From: Desulfurococcales archaeon
Lineage (GTDB): Archaea; Thermoproteota; Thermoprotei_A; Sulfolobales; NBVN01
Reading direction: 5' to 3'
Assembly: GCA_015521325.1 (NCBI GenBank)
Contig: WAOK01000023.1
Location: forward strand, 4,438-28,437
Length of the DNA: 24,000 nt
Shown: piece after piece, positions 14,572 through 21,712 of the stretch
Position numbering within the stretch: position 1 is the stretch's first letter
How the letters are laid out: the number at the start of each line of letters is the position of its first letter
Made by a program: the position numbers and the translations under genes
Notes under the pieces: generated by a model
Told to the model about the DNA's origin: nothing
The model's database searches: none
What the model saw: the letters and a program-made list of their open reading frames with translations, nothing else

Positions 14572-16097
14572 TCGTACCGCTCGATGGGGTTAATTCTTTC
14601 GTCAGGCCCCAACCTCACGGGCCTCCAGGCAACGCCGAGGACGTAGGCGAGGCCTGCGGCGAAGAGCGCAGCCCACATCGCAGTAAATACGTTGCCCACG
14701 ACGAGGTTAGCTACAGTCAAAACAGTCATGGTGGCGGCGTAGAGGGCCTCGACCCACATTCTCCTTAGGACATTGATGCCTCTCTCCGGCTTCTCGGCGG
14801 CGCCCTTGGGCGTGATCCTGTACTTTGCTGTCTGCTTCAAGGCCGCTAAGAGGGTGTTGGCCATCACAACAGGTGAGAGCGCGACGGTGATAGCTGACGT
14901 CGTTCCGAGTATCTTTACCGCCCTCACCTTGTCGACATCACTCCTGGTTAGGGAGTCGTATATGCACCACCCATAGACCCCCATCCCAGCGATGAGGAAC
15001 GCCGCGTATGCCGGGTGAAGGAGCATGAGGTCAACCCTCTCCCAAACCGCCATGAGTGGGATGAGGAGTGAGGCAAAGAACGCTATTGCTTGAGGCACGT
15101 ACTGAGAAAGGAACGTGAGGGCCTCGACTCTCTTCGTTACGGGGTAAGGGGCTCCCCATAACTGCCTCAAGGACTTGACCATGACCTCTACAGCCCCGTA
15201 TGCCCACCTAGCCTGCTGTGTCCTCAGTGCGGAGTATGAGGAGGGGACGAGCACGAGCACCCTTCCGTTATCGAAGTACTCAATCTTCTTCCCAGCACCG
15301 AGGAGCTTGGCCCCTATATGCATATCGTCCTGAATAATGCCGGTGTCCCACCCCCCGACCTCGAGGAGGGCGTCCCGCCTAAACGCAGTTCCCGAGCCGA
15401 GCGGGAACATGAGGTAGTTGAGCACCCTCCTACCTTTGTAGATGGAGTCAACGACGAACCTCATCACCTTACCTGTCGAGACGGCTATCCTCGTGCTCTT
15501 CGCCTTATCCCAGTAACCTTCCCACCTACCAACACACGCGTCAGCCCCTGAAGCAATGCATCGAAGGAGCCCACTTATGTAGCCAGGCTCGGGCCTCGAG
15601 TCAACATCGAGCACAAGCATGACGTCATAGCCCTTCGTGAGCTCGTACAGGGCATAGTTGAGGGCGCCCACACGCCCCTTCCTCTTCTTCACCTCTTCCC
15701 TGTCCCGCACTATGAAGTGTGTTTCGAGCCCGAGCCCCGAGCCAAGCTCTTCAGCCCTCTTCTTGAGATCCGTTACGGCCTCGTCCTCCGGGTCGTCGTC
15801 GCTGACAATGAACAGCGTCGAGCCCCTGACCTCATCTCTCACGACTGTTGCCAGCCACTCGACCATCCCGAGCACTATGTCCTCGGGCTCGCCCTTGATC
15901 GGGACGACGATGGCTGTCTTTAGCCCCTCCGCTGGGGCCTGAGGCGGGTCGAGCTTCTCTCCCCGCCCTTTGAGGTAGTAAACGCTATGCTGTATCATGA
16001 GGAGTGTCATCGGAAGCAGCAGTATGTATGTCAGCACCTGCGCTATGAGGACGTCTAAATCCAAAAGATCACCCCACCAGGAGGACGACGAGGTCAT
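14556..16097 (-). CDS. Membrane-embedded processive family-2 glycosyltransferase (cellulose/chitin-synthase-like)
   Basis: VVPIKGEPEDIV, FIVSDDDPED, LVLDVDSRP (DxD), IIQDDMHIG, and RTQQARWAYG (QxxRW). One N-terminal TM and several C-terminal TMs. The ATG at 16097 overlaps the upstream gene by 29 nt; an alternative TTG lies at 16064. Confidence 0.8.
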   Translation of the reverse strand: MTSSSSWWGDLLDLDVLIAQVLTYILLLPMTLLMIQHSVYYLKGRGEKLDPPQAPAEGLKTAIVVPIKGEPEDIVLGMVEWLATVVRDEVRGSTLFIVSDDDPEDEAVTDLKKRAEELGSGLGLETHFIVRDREEVKKRKGRVGALNYALYELTKGYDVMLVLDVDSRPEPGYISGLLRCIASGADACVGRWEGYWDKAKSTRIAVSTGKVMRFVVDSIYKGRRVLNYLMFPLGSGTAFRRDALLEVGGWDTGIIQDDMHIGAKLLGAGKKIEYFDNGRVLVLVPSSYSALRTQQARWAYGAVEVMVKSLRQLWGAPYPVTKRVEALTFLSQYVPQAIAFFASLLIPLMAVWERVDLMLLHPAYAAFLIAGMGVYGWCIYDSLTRSDVDKVRAVKILGTTSAITVALSPVVMANTLLAALKQTAKYRITPKGAAEKPERGINVLRRMWVEALYAATMTVLTVANLVVGNVFTAMWAALFAAGLAYVLGVAWRPVRLGPDERINPIERYDVRRG

Positions 16098-17433
16098 TCA
16101 CATTCGTCCCTGTGTACCCCGTTATTATGGCCCTCCCCAGCTTCCTTAAGGCCGTGTAGGAGTCATTCCTCTCTAGGGCACCTAATAGGTCGACACCTTT
16201 CTCAGCCGCCTCCTGCTTTGTCGAGCACGAGACAATGCCTCCCGCCGCATCACTCACACCATCTATGCCGTCAGAACCAACACTAGCCAACACAGCGGTA
16301 ACGTCCTCGCTGCAGTGTACGGCGAAGGAGAGCGCCAGCTCCTGGTTCCTGCCGCCGACGCCGTCCCCCCTCACAGTTACTGTGGTCTCGCCGCCGAGGA
16401 TTATTGCGAGCGGGGGCTGGGCCGGGAGACTGAACCTTGATGAGGACGCTGCGAGGCCTGCCAGGAACCTCCCTACCTCCCTGGCCTCACCGACCATCAT
16501 GTTCGTTAGGACTAGGGGGGTGTACCCCTTCTTGCCCGCTTCCTCGGCCATGGCCCTCAATGATTTGTAGTTGCTCGCCACTATCTGGTTCTTAACGCCC
16601 CCGAATATTATGGAGTCGGGCTTCGGTGTCTCAGGTACCTCCCCCCTCAGCCCTGCCTCTATGACCGCCCTAACACCGTATGGTGCCTTATCCCATAAGC
16701 CCCTCCTCTTCAGAACCTCAGCGGCGTCAGCGTATGTCGTAGTATCCGGTGCCGTGGGGCCGGAGGCTATGAACTCAATAGGGTCCCCGACGACATCAGA
16801 GACAATGAGTGATATGACGGGCGAGGGGTGAAGTATCTGCGCCAGCCTACCGCCCTTCACAGCGCTCAGGTGCTTCCTCACGGTGTTCAGCTCGACTATA
16901 TCAGCCCCTGCCCTCATTAGTTCCCTCGTCGCCCACGCTATGTCGTCGAGGGTCGCTGGACTCATTGGTTTCTCGAAGAGTGCTGAGCCGCCGCCGGATA
17001 TGAGCACTATTACGGGTGCTGCCCTTGCCCGTGCCTCCTCACAGATCTCGAGAACCGTCTCCGTGGATCTTAGGGTGTCCTCACCTGGTATGGGGTGGTT
17101 TCCCGGCAGAACGGATATCCTGCCGACCTCCTTGACCTTGGATGCGAGCTCCTTAGGTGCTATGACGGCACCCTTAACAACTACGTCCCCTAACGCGTCG
17201 ATGACCCCCCTGGCCATCGATACTGATGCCTTCCCGAACCCTATGACGTACACTCCTCCACTTGCCTGAACGCAGTGATCCTTGACACATACGTTCCCTG
17301 ACTCAAGCCTGAGGTACTCGAGAACAGACTTCCTCGGGTCAGCAGCCCGGATACCCGCTAGGATTATGCTGAGGGCGTCCTCATGCATCGGATCCTTCGC
17401 CAGCTCTTCCCAGTTCTTAATGATGCCCTCCAA
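16069..17433 (-). CDS. Glycerate 2-kinase (DUF4147 + MOFRL family)
   Basis: VIGFGKAS..M, ISGGGSALF, HLSAVKGGRLA, LGGETTVTVRGDGVGGRNQELAL, and GSDGIDG..DAAGG. Confidence 0.8.
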   Translation of the reverse strand: MEGIIKNWEELAKDPMHEDALSIILAGIRAADPRKSVLEYLRLESGNVCVKDHCVQASGGVYVIGFGKASVSMARGVIDALGDVVVKGAVIAPKELASKVKEVGRISVLPGNHPIPGEDTLRSTETVLEICEEARARAAPVIVLISGGGSALFEKPMSPATLDDIAWATRELMRAGADIVELNTVRKHLSAVKGGRLAQILHPSPVISLIVSDVVGDPIEFIASGPTAPDTTTYADAAEVLKRRGLWDKAPYGVRAVIEAGLRGEVPETPKPDSIIFGGVKNQIVASNYKSLRAMAEEAGKKGYTPLVLTNMMVGEAREVGRFLAGLAASSSRFSLPAQPPLAIILGGETTVTVRGDGVGGRNQELALSFAVHCSEDVTAVLASVGSDGIDGVSDAAGGIVSCSTKQEAAEKGVDLLGALERNDSYTALRKLGRAIITGYTGTNVNDLVVLLVG

Positions 17434-17482
17434 CGGCCCGGCACCTAGGAATCATTATTTATGTGTTGGTAAAAAGGGGTGC

Positions 17483-19042
17483 TTACGCAGGGATCTGCGG
17501 TAATTCCTTTCTCTCTATTGTGAGCTCCTTACCCTCGAAGTGCTCCAGGCTCGACAATATCTTCATAGCCTTTGACTCCACAAGGTTAACGAAGCGGGAT
17601 AGGAGGAACCTCGTTAGGGCGTGCTTCGGTCCTTTTAGGTAGAACCTAGCCATTATGTCCTTCGCCCAGTAGGCGCTGTGCCTTACAGCTACCCTAAATG
17701 CCTCGAGGTGCTCCGGCGTGACCTTGACCCTCGCTATTATTCTCTTGTCTCCCTTGAGCGAACCCATTGGGACGAAGAACATCGGGACTATTAGTGACCT
17801 GTACGGTCTCAGTTTCTCTAGGAGCTCCACAGTCGCCATGACGTCCTCCGGCCTCTCGCCCGGCAGGTTAAGTATGAATGTCGCTGCTGGGACTATCCTA
17901 TGTTCGTGCATTATTGCAAAGGCCTCCTCAACTATCTCCGGGTACTTTTCGGGCGGGTATGGCGCCGCCTTACCAGCCATGTAGAGCCTCACGAGCCTTA
18001 TCGAGCCGGTCTCTATGCCGACCTCCACGCCGAGGTAGTCCTGCTCGTTCTCTGAATAAATTATGTCCGTTAGCTTAGTGATTATCTTCCCGTTCCTCTG
18101 CGCGGTCACTATGGCTGCGAGGGATGCGTGAGCCCACGCAAGCGATCTCGTGTACTTTGTGAATAGCTTGTGTAGCTTAATGAGCGGCTCTTCCTGCGGG
18201 ATGACGCCCTTAGCTCTATACAGGAGTACGTCTTCCGAGTGAATTATCGCATCTAATATCCCGGCCTCTCTATTCACCTTAAGCTCTGCCTCGATCTTCT
18301 CGTACGGCATGAACCTAAGGGGCCTGAGGGTGACCGAGCAGAACTTGCATCCCCTCGGGCAACCCCTCATGACCTCAACGAGGCCATTGACTGAAGCACC
18401 CTTTATCACAGGGATTTCCTCAATTGACGGGACATCGGAAGCACCGACGTAGACGTACTTCGGGAGCGGTTCGCCGTTCACTATCTTCTCCGCGATCTTC
18501 TTAATGACTATCTCCGCCTCACCGTCTACGACCGTGTCCACACCAACCGAGTGCCAGAACTCCGGCTCCCACAGCCACTGCCACGCTGCCGGGCCACCCA
18601 CAATTATTTTGAACCCGTACCTCCTCTTCCTCTCCCCTAACCACCGCATGAACCTCATCAGTGATACCCTGTTCACTGGTTCCTTTCCGGTGAGTAACCA
18701 CCACTCCGATGACGGCGGACCATATGCAAAGTAATCGTGATGCCCTACCATCACAGCCTTGGCGTGCCTAAGGTGTTTCTCGAGGTGGTCGGGGTCAATT
18801 ATTGCCGCTTTATAGCCGGCGTCTATCAGGGCTGCCTCAACCTTCCTTAGCCCGTAAGGAGCCTCGATAGGCTTTCCCTCCTTATCTACCTTGGGCTTCG
18901 GGCAACAGAGCCTCAGCCACACCCTCTCCGGGAAGAAATAGGCAGGACCTGTGGCGAGGAAGCCAATGAATTCCTTGCCGTGGTGGTTACTCATCATGGT
19001 TCTGTCTGTCGTGATCACGAAGTCGTACCCGCTTCCCACCAT
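17483..19042 (-). CDS. B12-binding-domain-type radical SAM protein, substrate unknown
   Basis: Radical SAM motif MRGCPRGCKFCS (Cys codons on the complement at 18361-18359, 18349-18347, 18340-18338). It is preceded by a roughly 220-aa Rossmann-like N-terminal domain (KAVMVGHH..., FKIIVGGPAA). ATG at 19042. Confidence 0.75.
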   Translation of the reverse strand: MVGSGYDFVITTDRTMMSNHHGKEFIGFLATGPAYFFPERVWLRLCCPKPKVDKEGKPIEAPYGLRKVEAALIDAGYKAAIIDPDHLEKHLRHAKAVMVGHHDYFAYGPPSSEWWLLTGKEPVNRVSLMRFMRWLGERKRRYGFKIIVGGPAAWQWLWEPEFWHSVGVDTVVDGEAEIVIKKIAEKIVNGEPLPKYVYVGASDVPSIEEIPVIKGASVNGLVEVMRGCPRGCKFCSVTLRPLRFMPYEKIEAELKVNREAGILDAIIHSEDVLLYRAKGVIPQEEPLIKLHKLFTKYTRSLAWAHASLAAIVTAQRNGKIITKLTDIIYSENEQDYLGVEVGIETGSIRLVRLYMAGKAAPYPPEKYPEIVEEAFAIMHEHRIVPAATFILNLPGERPEDVMATVELLEKLRPYRSLIVPMFFVPMGSLKGDKRIIARVKVTPEHLEAFRVAVRHSAYWAKDIMARFYLKGPKHALTRFLLSRFVNLVESKAMKILSSLEHFEGKELTIERKELPQIPA

Positions 19043-19059
19043 CCCCTATCACCTCCCTT

Positions 19060-19095
19060 TCTCTATATCTTTAGATGGCGATTCAGTATATACGG
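19060..19095. promoter_or_regulatory. Divergent promoter region with two TATA-like boxes
   Basis: CTCTATATCT (19061-19070) lies about 24 nt upstream of the minus-strand ATG at 19042. GTATATAC (19086-19093) serves the plus-strand nucleotidyltransferase gene. Confidence 0.4.
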
Positions 19096-19142
19096 GTTTA
19101 GCTAAAGTGACTGCGTCGTTGCCCCGTCCTGTCGAAGGGTTC

Positions 19143-19991
19143 ATGATAAGGTTGATTGATAATAGTGTGTGGGCGGTTAAGGGGTGTGTGCACCCGGAGG
19201 GCAGGGTTGTTGCGGTTCCTAGAAGAGGGTGGTGGGGGAAAGTCAAAACTCTGAAGGGTTCTCTAAATATAGTAAAGCGATACTACCGACACTACATCAC
19301 TAAATTACCGAGCGGAGACGAAGCCCCTGCCGTTCCCTATGATGACGTGGAACGTGTTTTAGCCCCCTCCACGGAGTGCCCTGAAGGGCGTGTGGGCGGC
19401 GCGTGTAGGGCGCTCCTAAAAATCCTCTCTGTGTGCGCTTCCTGCGGGGTCACAGGCTCTATACTGACCGGTGACTGGGGACCGGAGTCGGATGTCGACA
19501 TAGTGTGTTACGGGGTTGATGAACCCGAAAGATGCCTTGAGAAGGTGTCTGGGAGCGGGTTCCTCGAACCTTTCGGGGGATTTGCGTCAGTCGAGGTTTC
19601 TTCGGTTCATGAGGGTATTCCATGGAGTGTGCACGAGTTAATGATTAGGGAGAGGCTCCTCCAGGGCTTCTTCGACGGCGTCCCCTACACGCTCAAGTTC
19701 GTTGACTGCTCGGCCGACCCGTTCGTGAGTGCTGGCACGGTGTTTATGCAGAGAGTGCCTAGGCTGTTCTTTGAGGTAGTTGATGACAGGAGGAGGTTCT
19801 TCACACCCGTCACCTATGGTGCGTGGACGGACAGGTTCGGTTACGTTTTACTGTACAGTCTCCGCATAAGGTGGTGCGAGATGAAGGCCGGCTTCGCGGG
19901 CATATTGCGGAACGCCGCGGTCTACGAGCTTGGAAACGGGCTTGTGGTTGTTAACCTTGACAGGTCATTCGCTGAGTCGATTCTTTTGTGA
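19143..19991 (+). CDS. Pol-beta-superfamily nucleotidyltransferase-domain protein
   Basis: G-S-x11-D-x-D motif in GVTGSILTGDWGPESDVDIVCYG (19455-19505). N-terminal IRLIDNSVWAVKGCVHPEGRVVAVPRR beta-rich domain. I prefer the ATG at 19143, because the ORF-track start at 18951 lies inside the divergent radical SAM gene. Confidence 0.55.
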   Translation: MIRLIDNSVWAVKGCVHPEGRVVAVPRRGWWGKVKTLKGSLNIVKRYYRHYITKLPSGDEAPAVPYDDVERVLAPSTECPEGRVGGACRALLKILSVCASCGVTGSILTGDWGPESDVDIVCYGVDEPERCLEKVSGSGFLEPFGGFASVEVSSVHEGIPWSVHELMIRERLLQGFFDGVPYTLKFVDCSADPFVSAGTVFMQRVPRLFFEVVDDRRRFFTPVTYGAWTDRFGYVLLYSLRIRWCEMKAGFAGILRNAAVYELGNGLVVVNLDRSFAESILL

Positions 19992-20091
19992 AAACACCAC
20001 TTTTATTGGTGGAGATTAGGGCTTAGCTTAGGATGTGAGTAGTCATGTCATTCCGTGCGATCGTTCCCTCAACGGGTTGGGGGTGTGTGTT

Positions 20092-20862
20092 ATGAACCCA
20101 AAGAGGAGGAGGGTTAAGGCGTACGTCGACGCTCTAAGTAGGCTCATACTGAGCGAGGACCCCTCGAGGGAGGAGGCGGTCAAGTTCGTTAGGCAGGAGC
20201 TGGAGAGGGAGAGAGTCGAGCCATTCAGGGGTGCCTCGAAGCCGGACGATATTTATGAGAAGGAGCTCATCAGCCTCTACATCGTCGCCTCGAGGGGGCT
20301 CGGGATAGGTGAGGAGTACGGGAAGACCATTTCTAAGGTATTCGAGAAGGAGGAGATATATGACAAGGTGATTAAGGTCCTCCTCTCAGGCGTCTCCACC
20401 GAGGAGGTTAGGGAGACGATTAAGTCACTCATGCCGGAGCTGAGTGACTCTGAGGTGGCGAGGATACTGAGGTACGCCCTAACACTACACTACCTCAACT
20501 TCGAGCCGTGGGAGAAGGTCGTCGCGGTGATCAGGAGGTTCCTCGAGGCATTCCCGGAGCACGAGGAGACGATAAGGAGGTTCAGCAAGTTCGTGATAGC
20601 GGTCGAGATAGCTGAGGAAATAGCTAAGGGGAAGATAAGGAGCAAGGTTGATAAGGAAATAAGGAAGCAGGTACTCTCCCTCGAGGTAGGGATACCGAAG
20701 TCGACCCCCTCAGATGAGTACATAGCGAAGATAGCTAGGGAGGTTTTCGAGGTACCTCAGAAGGTCCTCAACAAGATATTCAAGCAACAGAAGGGAAGGA
20801 AGAGACGAGCTTATAAGTCGAAAGGCCCTAGCACAGAGGGTGAGTCCAGTGATAAGGGTTGA
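20092..20862 (+). CDS. All-alpha hypothetical protein with basic N- and C-terminal tails
   Basis: MNPKRRRVKAY... and a ...KQQKGRKRRAYKSKG tail. Host-like codon usage. I prefer the ATG at 20092 to the ORF-track start at 20035. Confidence 0.5.
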   Translation: MNPKRRRVKAYVDALSRLILSEDPSREEAVKFVRQELERERVEPFRGASKPDDIYEKELISLYIVASRGLGIGEEYGKTISKVFEKEEIYDKVIKVLLSGVSTEEVRETIKSLMPELSDSEVARILRYALTLHYLNFEPWEKVVAVIRRFLEAFPEHEETIRRFSKFVIAVEIAEEIAKGKIRSKVDKEIRKQVLSLEVGIPKSTPSDEYIAKIAREVFEVPQKVLNKIFKQQKGRKRRAYKSKGPSTEGESSDKG

Positions 20863-21106
20863 GAGACAGGGCGTCTACAAGGTGAAGTCCGGGAAGGAGG
20901 AGTACCTCGTCGAGATAGTGGCCACGAGAGAGGGCAAGAGATACGCCGTCATACACAAGACCTTGAAAGGCGCTTACCAGAAAGGCGACGAGATACACTC
21001 CTGGGAACTCGAGGAACTCGACTGGGCCAAGGACGCCGAGGTAGTCAATTATGCTGACCTGCCCAAAGACATTAGGGCAGCGATCTCCGGGGCCTTCCCC
21101 GACTAA
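20840..21106 (+). CDS. Small hypothetical protein (88 aa)
   Basis: The GTG start overlaps the upstream gene by 23 nt. The N-terminal half looks beta-rich (VIRVERQGVYKVKSGKEEYLVEIVATREGKRYAVIHK). The coding call rests on codon style and operon context only. Confidence 0.4.
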   Translation: MSPVIRVERQGVYKVKSGKEEYLVEIVATREGKRYAVIHKTLKGAYQKGDEIHSWELEELDWAKDAEVVNYADLPKDIRAAISGAFPD

Positions 21107-21521
21107 GCTCAGGCTCGTCGTTCTCCGTGAATTTATTTGGGAGATCTGCAACCTATACAGAGAAACAGGTATCGAGCAAGCAGGATTTCTTCTAGGCAGG
21201 GTAGAGGGGGGTGAAGCCCTTGCCGAGGCAATGCTCCTCGGTAAGAATATCGACAACTCACCGACATCATTCGCAATTGACCCTCAGGCCGTGATAGAGG
21301 CGATAAGGCTCGAGGAGGAGGGGGTCACAGAAATAATAGCTCTAATACATGCCCACCCATGCGGGCCCGAACCTTCAGCGAAAGATCTCAAGGGCTGGGA
21401 GGCGTGGCCCATACCGTGGGTGATAGTCTCTGCAAATGACTGCTCCGCTAGGGCATGGTGCGGTAAGGAGGAGTTGGAGCTCGAGGTAATTGGTACTCAG
21501 ACTTTATTCGGCGATAAGTGA
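21051..21521 (+). CDS. JAMM/MPN+ (M67-like) metalloprotease
   Basis: A Glu in GIEQAGFLLG, then ALIHAHPCGPEPSAKD, which is an HxH-x6-S-x2-D form of the JAMM motif (codons 21348-21386). The only canonical start is the ATG at 21051, 56 nt inside the preceding ORF. Confidence 0.75.
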   Translation: MLTCPKTLGQRSPGPSPTKLRLVVLREFIWEICNLYRETGIEQAGFLLGRVEGGEALAEAMLLGKNIDNSPTSFAIDPQAVIEAIRLEEEGVTEIIALIHAHPCGPEPSAKDLKGWEAWPIPWVIVSANDCSARAWCGKEELELEVIGTQTLFGDK

Positions 21522-21530
21522 GGTAATAAC

Positions 21531-21672
21531 GGCCCCGCCGTCTCACACCGCATGAGGACGCCTGAGGCGAATGAAGATGAGTGCGGGCGGTCCGGCGGGG
21601 TACAGGCGGTGTGAGGAGCTTTCGGTCGCACCTATCGGTGAGGAGTCTCTTCCTCCCACCGACCGCCGCCCA
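21531..21672 (+). other. GC-rich, highly self-complementary intergenic element (candidate structured RNA; strand uncertain)
   Basis: CUCACACCGC (21542-21551) is complementary to GCGGUGUGAG (21606-21615). CCCCGCCG (21533-21540) is complementary to CGGCGGGG (21593-21600). A hairpin spans 21636-21661. GGCGGUC (21586-21592) is complementary to GACCGCC (21661-21667). The element lies upstream of the pyrC TATA box. Confidence 0.3.
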
Positions 21673-21675
21673 TAA

Positions 21676-21683
21676 CTTAAAAC
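21676..21683 (+). promoter_or_regulatory. TATA-like box for pyrC (near-leaderless transcript)
   Basis: CTTAAAAC is centred about 33 nt upstream of the ATG at 21713. Confidence 0.4.
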
Positions 21684-21712
21684 TTGAAGAGATCTTGTTG
21701 ATCGGCGATCTT

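Noticed and set aside
18951-19142. An N-terminal extension of the nucleotidyltransferase ORF reaching into the divergent radical SAM gene.
   Set aside because: It would overlap the first 92 nt of the opposite-strand gene and span both TATA-like boxes of the divergent promoter. The hydrophobic and proline-rich translation has no counterpart in the domain that follows.
21553-21581. C/D-box-like motifs (AUGAGGA, CUGA, UGAAGA, UGAG) inside the GC-rich element.
   Set aside because: The spacers between the boxes are only 3-6 nt, too short for 10-13-nt guides, and the boxes are degenerate. At most these are K-turn-like motifs, not a methylation guide RNA.
21585-21672. tRNA-like terminal complementarity: GGGCGGU at the 5' end and GCCGCCC-A at the 3' end, with an 88-nt span.
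   Set aside because: On either strand there is no U8, no complementary D-stem and no GTTCRANNC T-loop. It is therefore not a tRNA, with or without an intron.
21581-21712. A 44-codon N-terminal extension of the dihydroorotase ORF (MRAVRRGTGGVRSFRSH...).
   Set aside because: The extension is rich in CGG arginine codons, unlike the AGG/AGA-rich rest of the gene. It lies upstream of a TATA-like box (21676-21683), and the family normally starts at the MSNLLIRGG-type N-terminus. The region looks like structured RNA rather than coding sequence.
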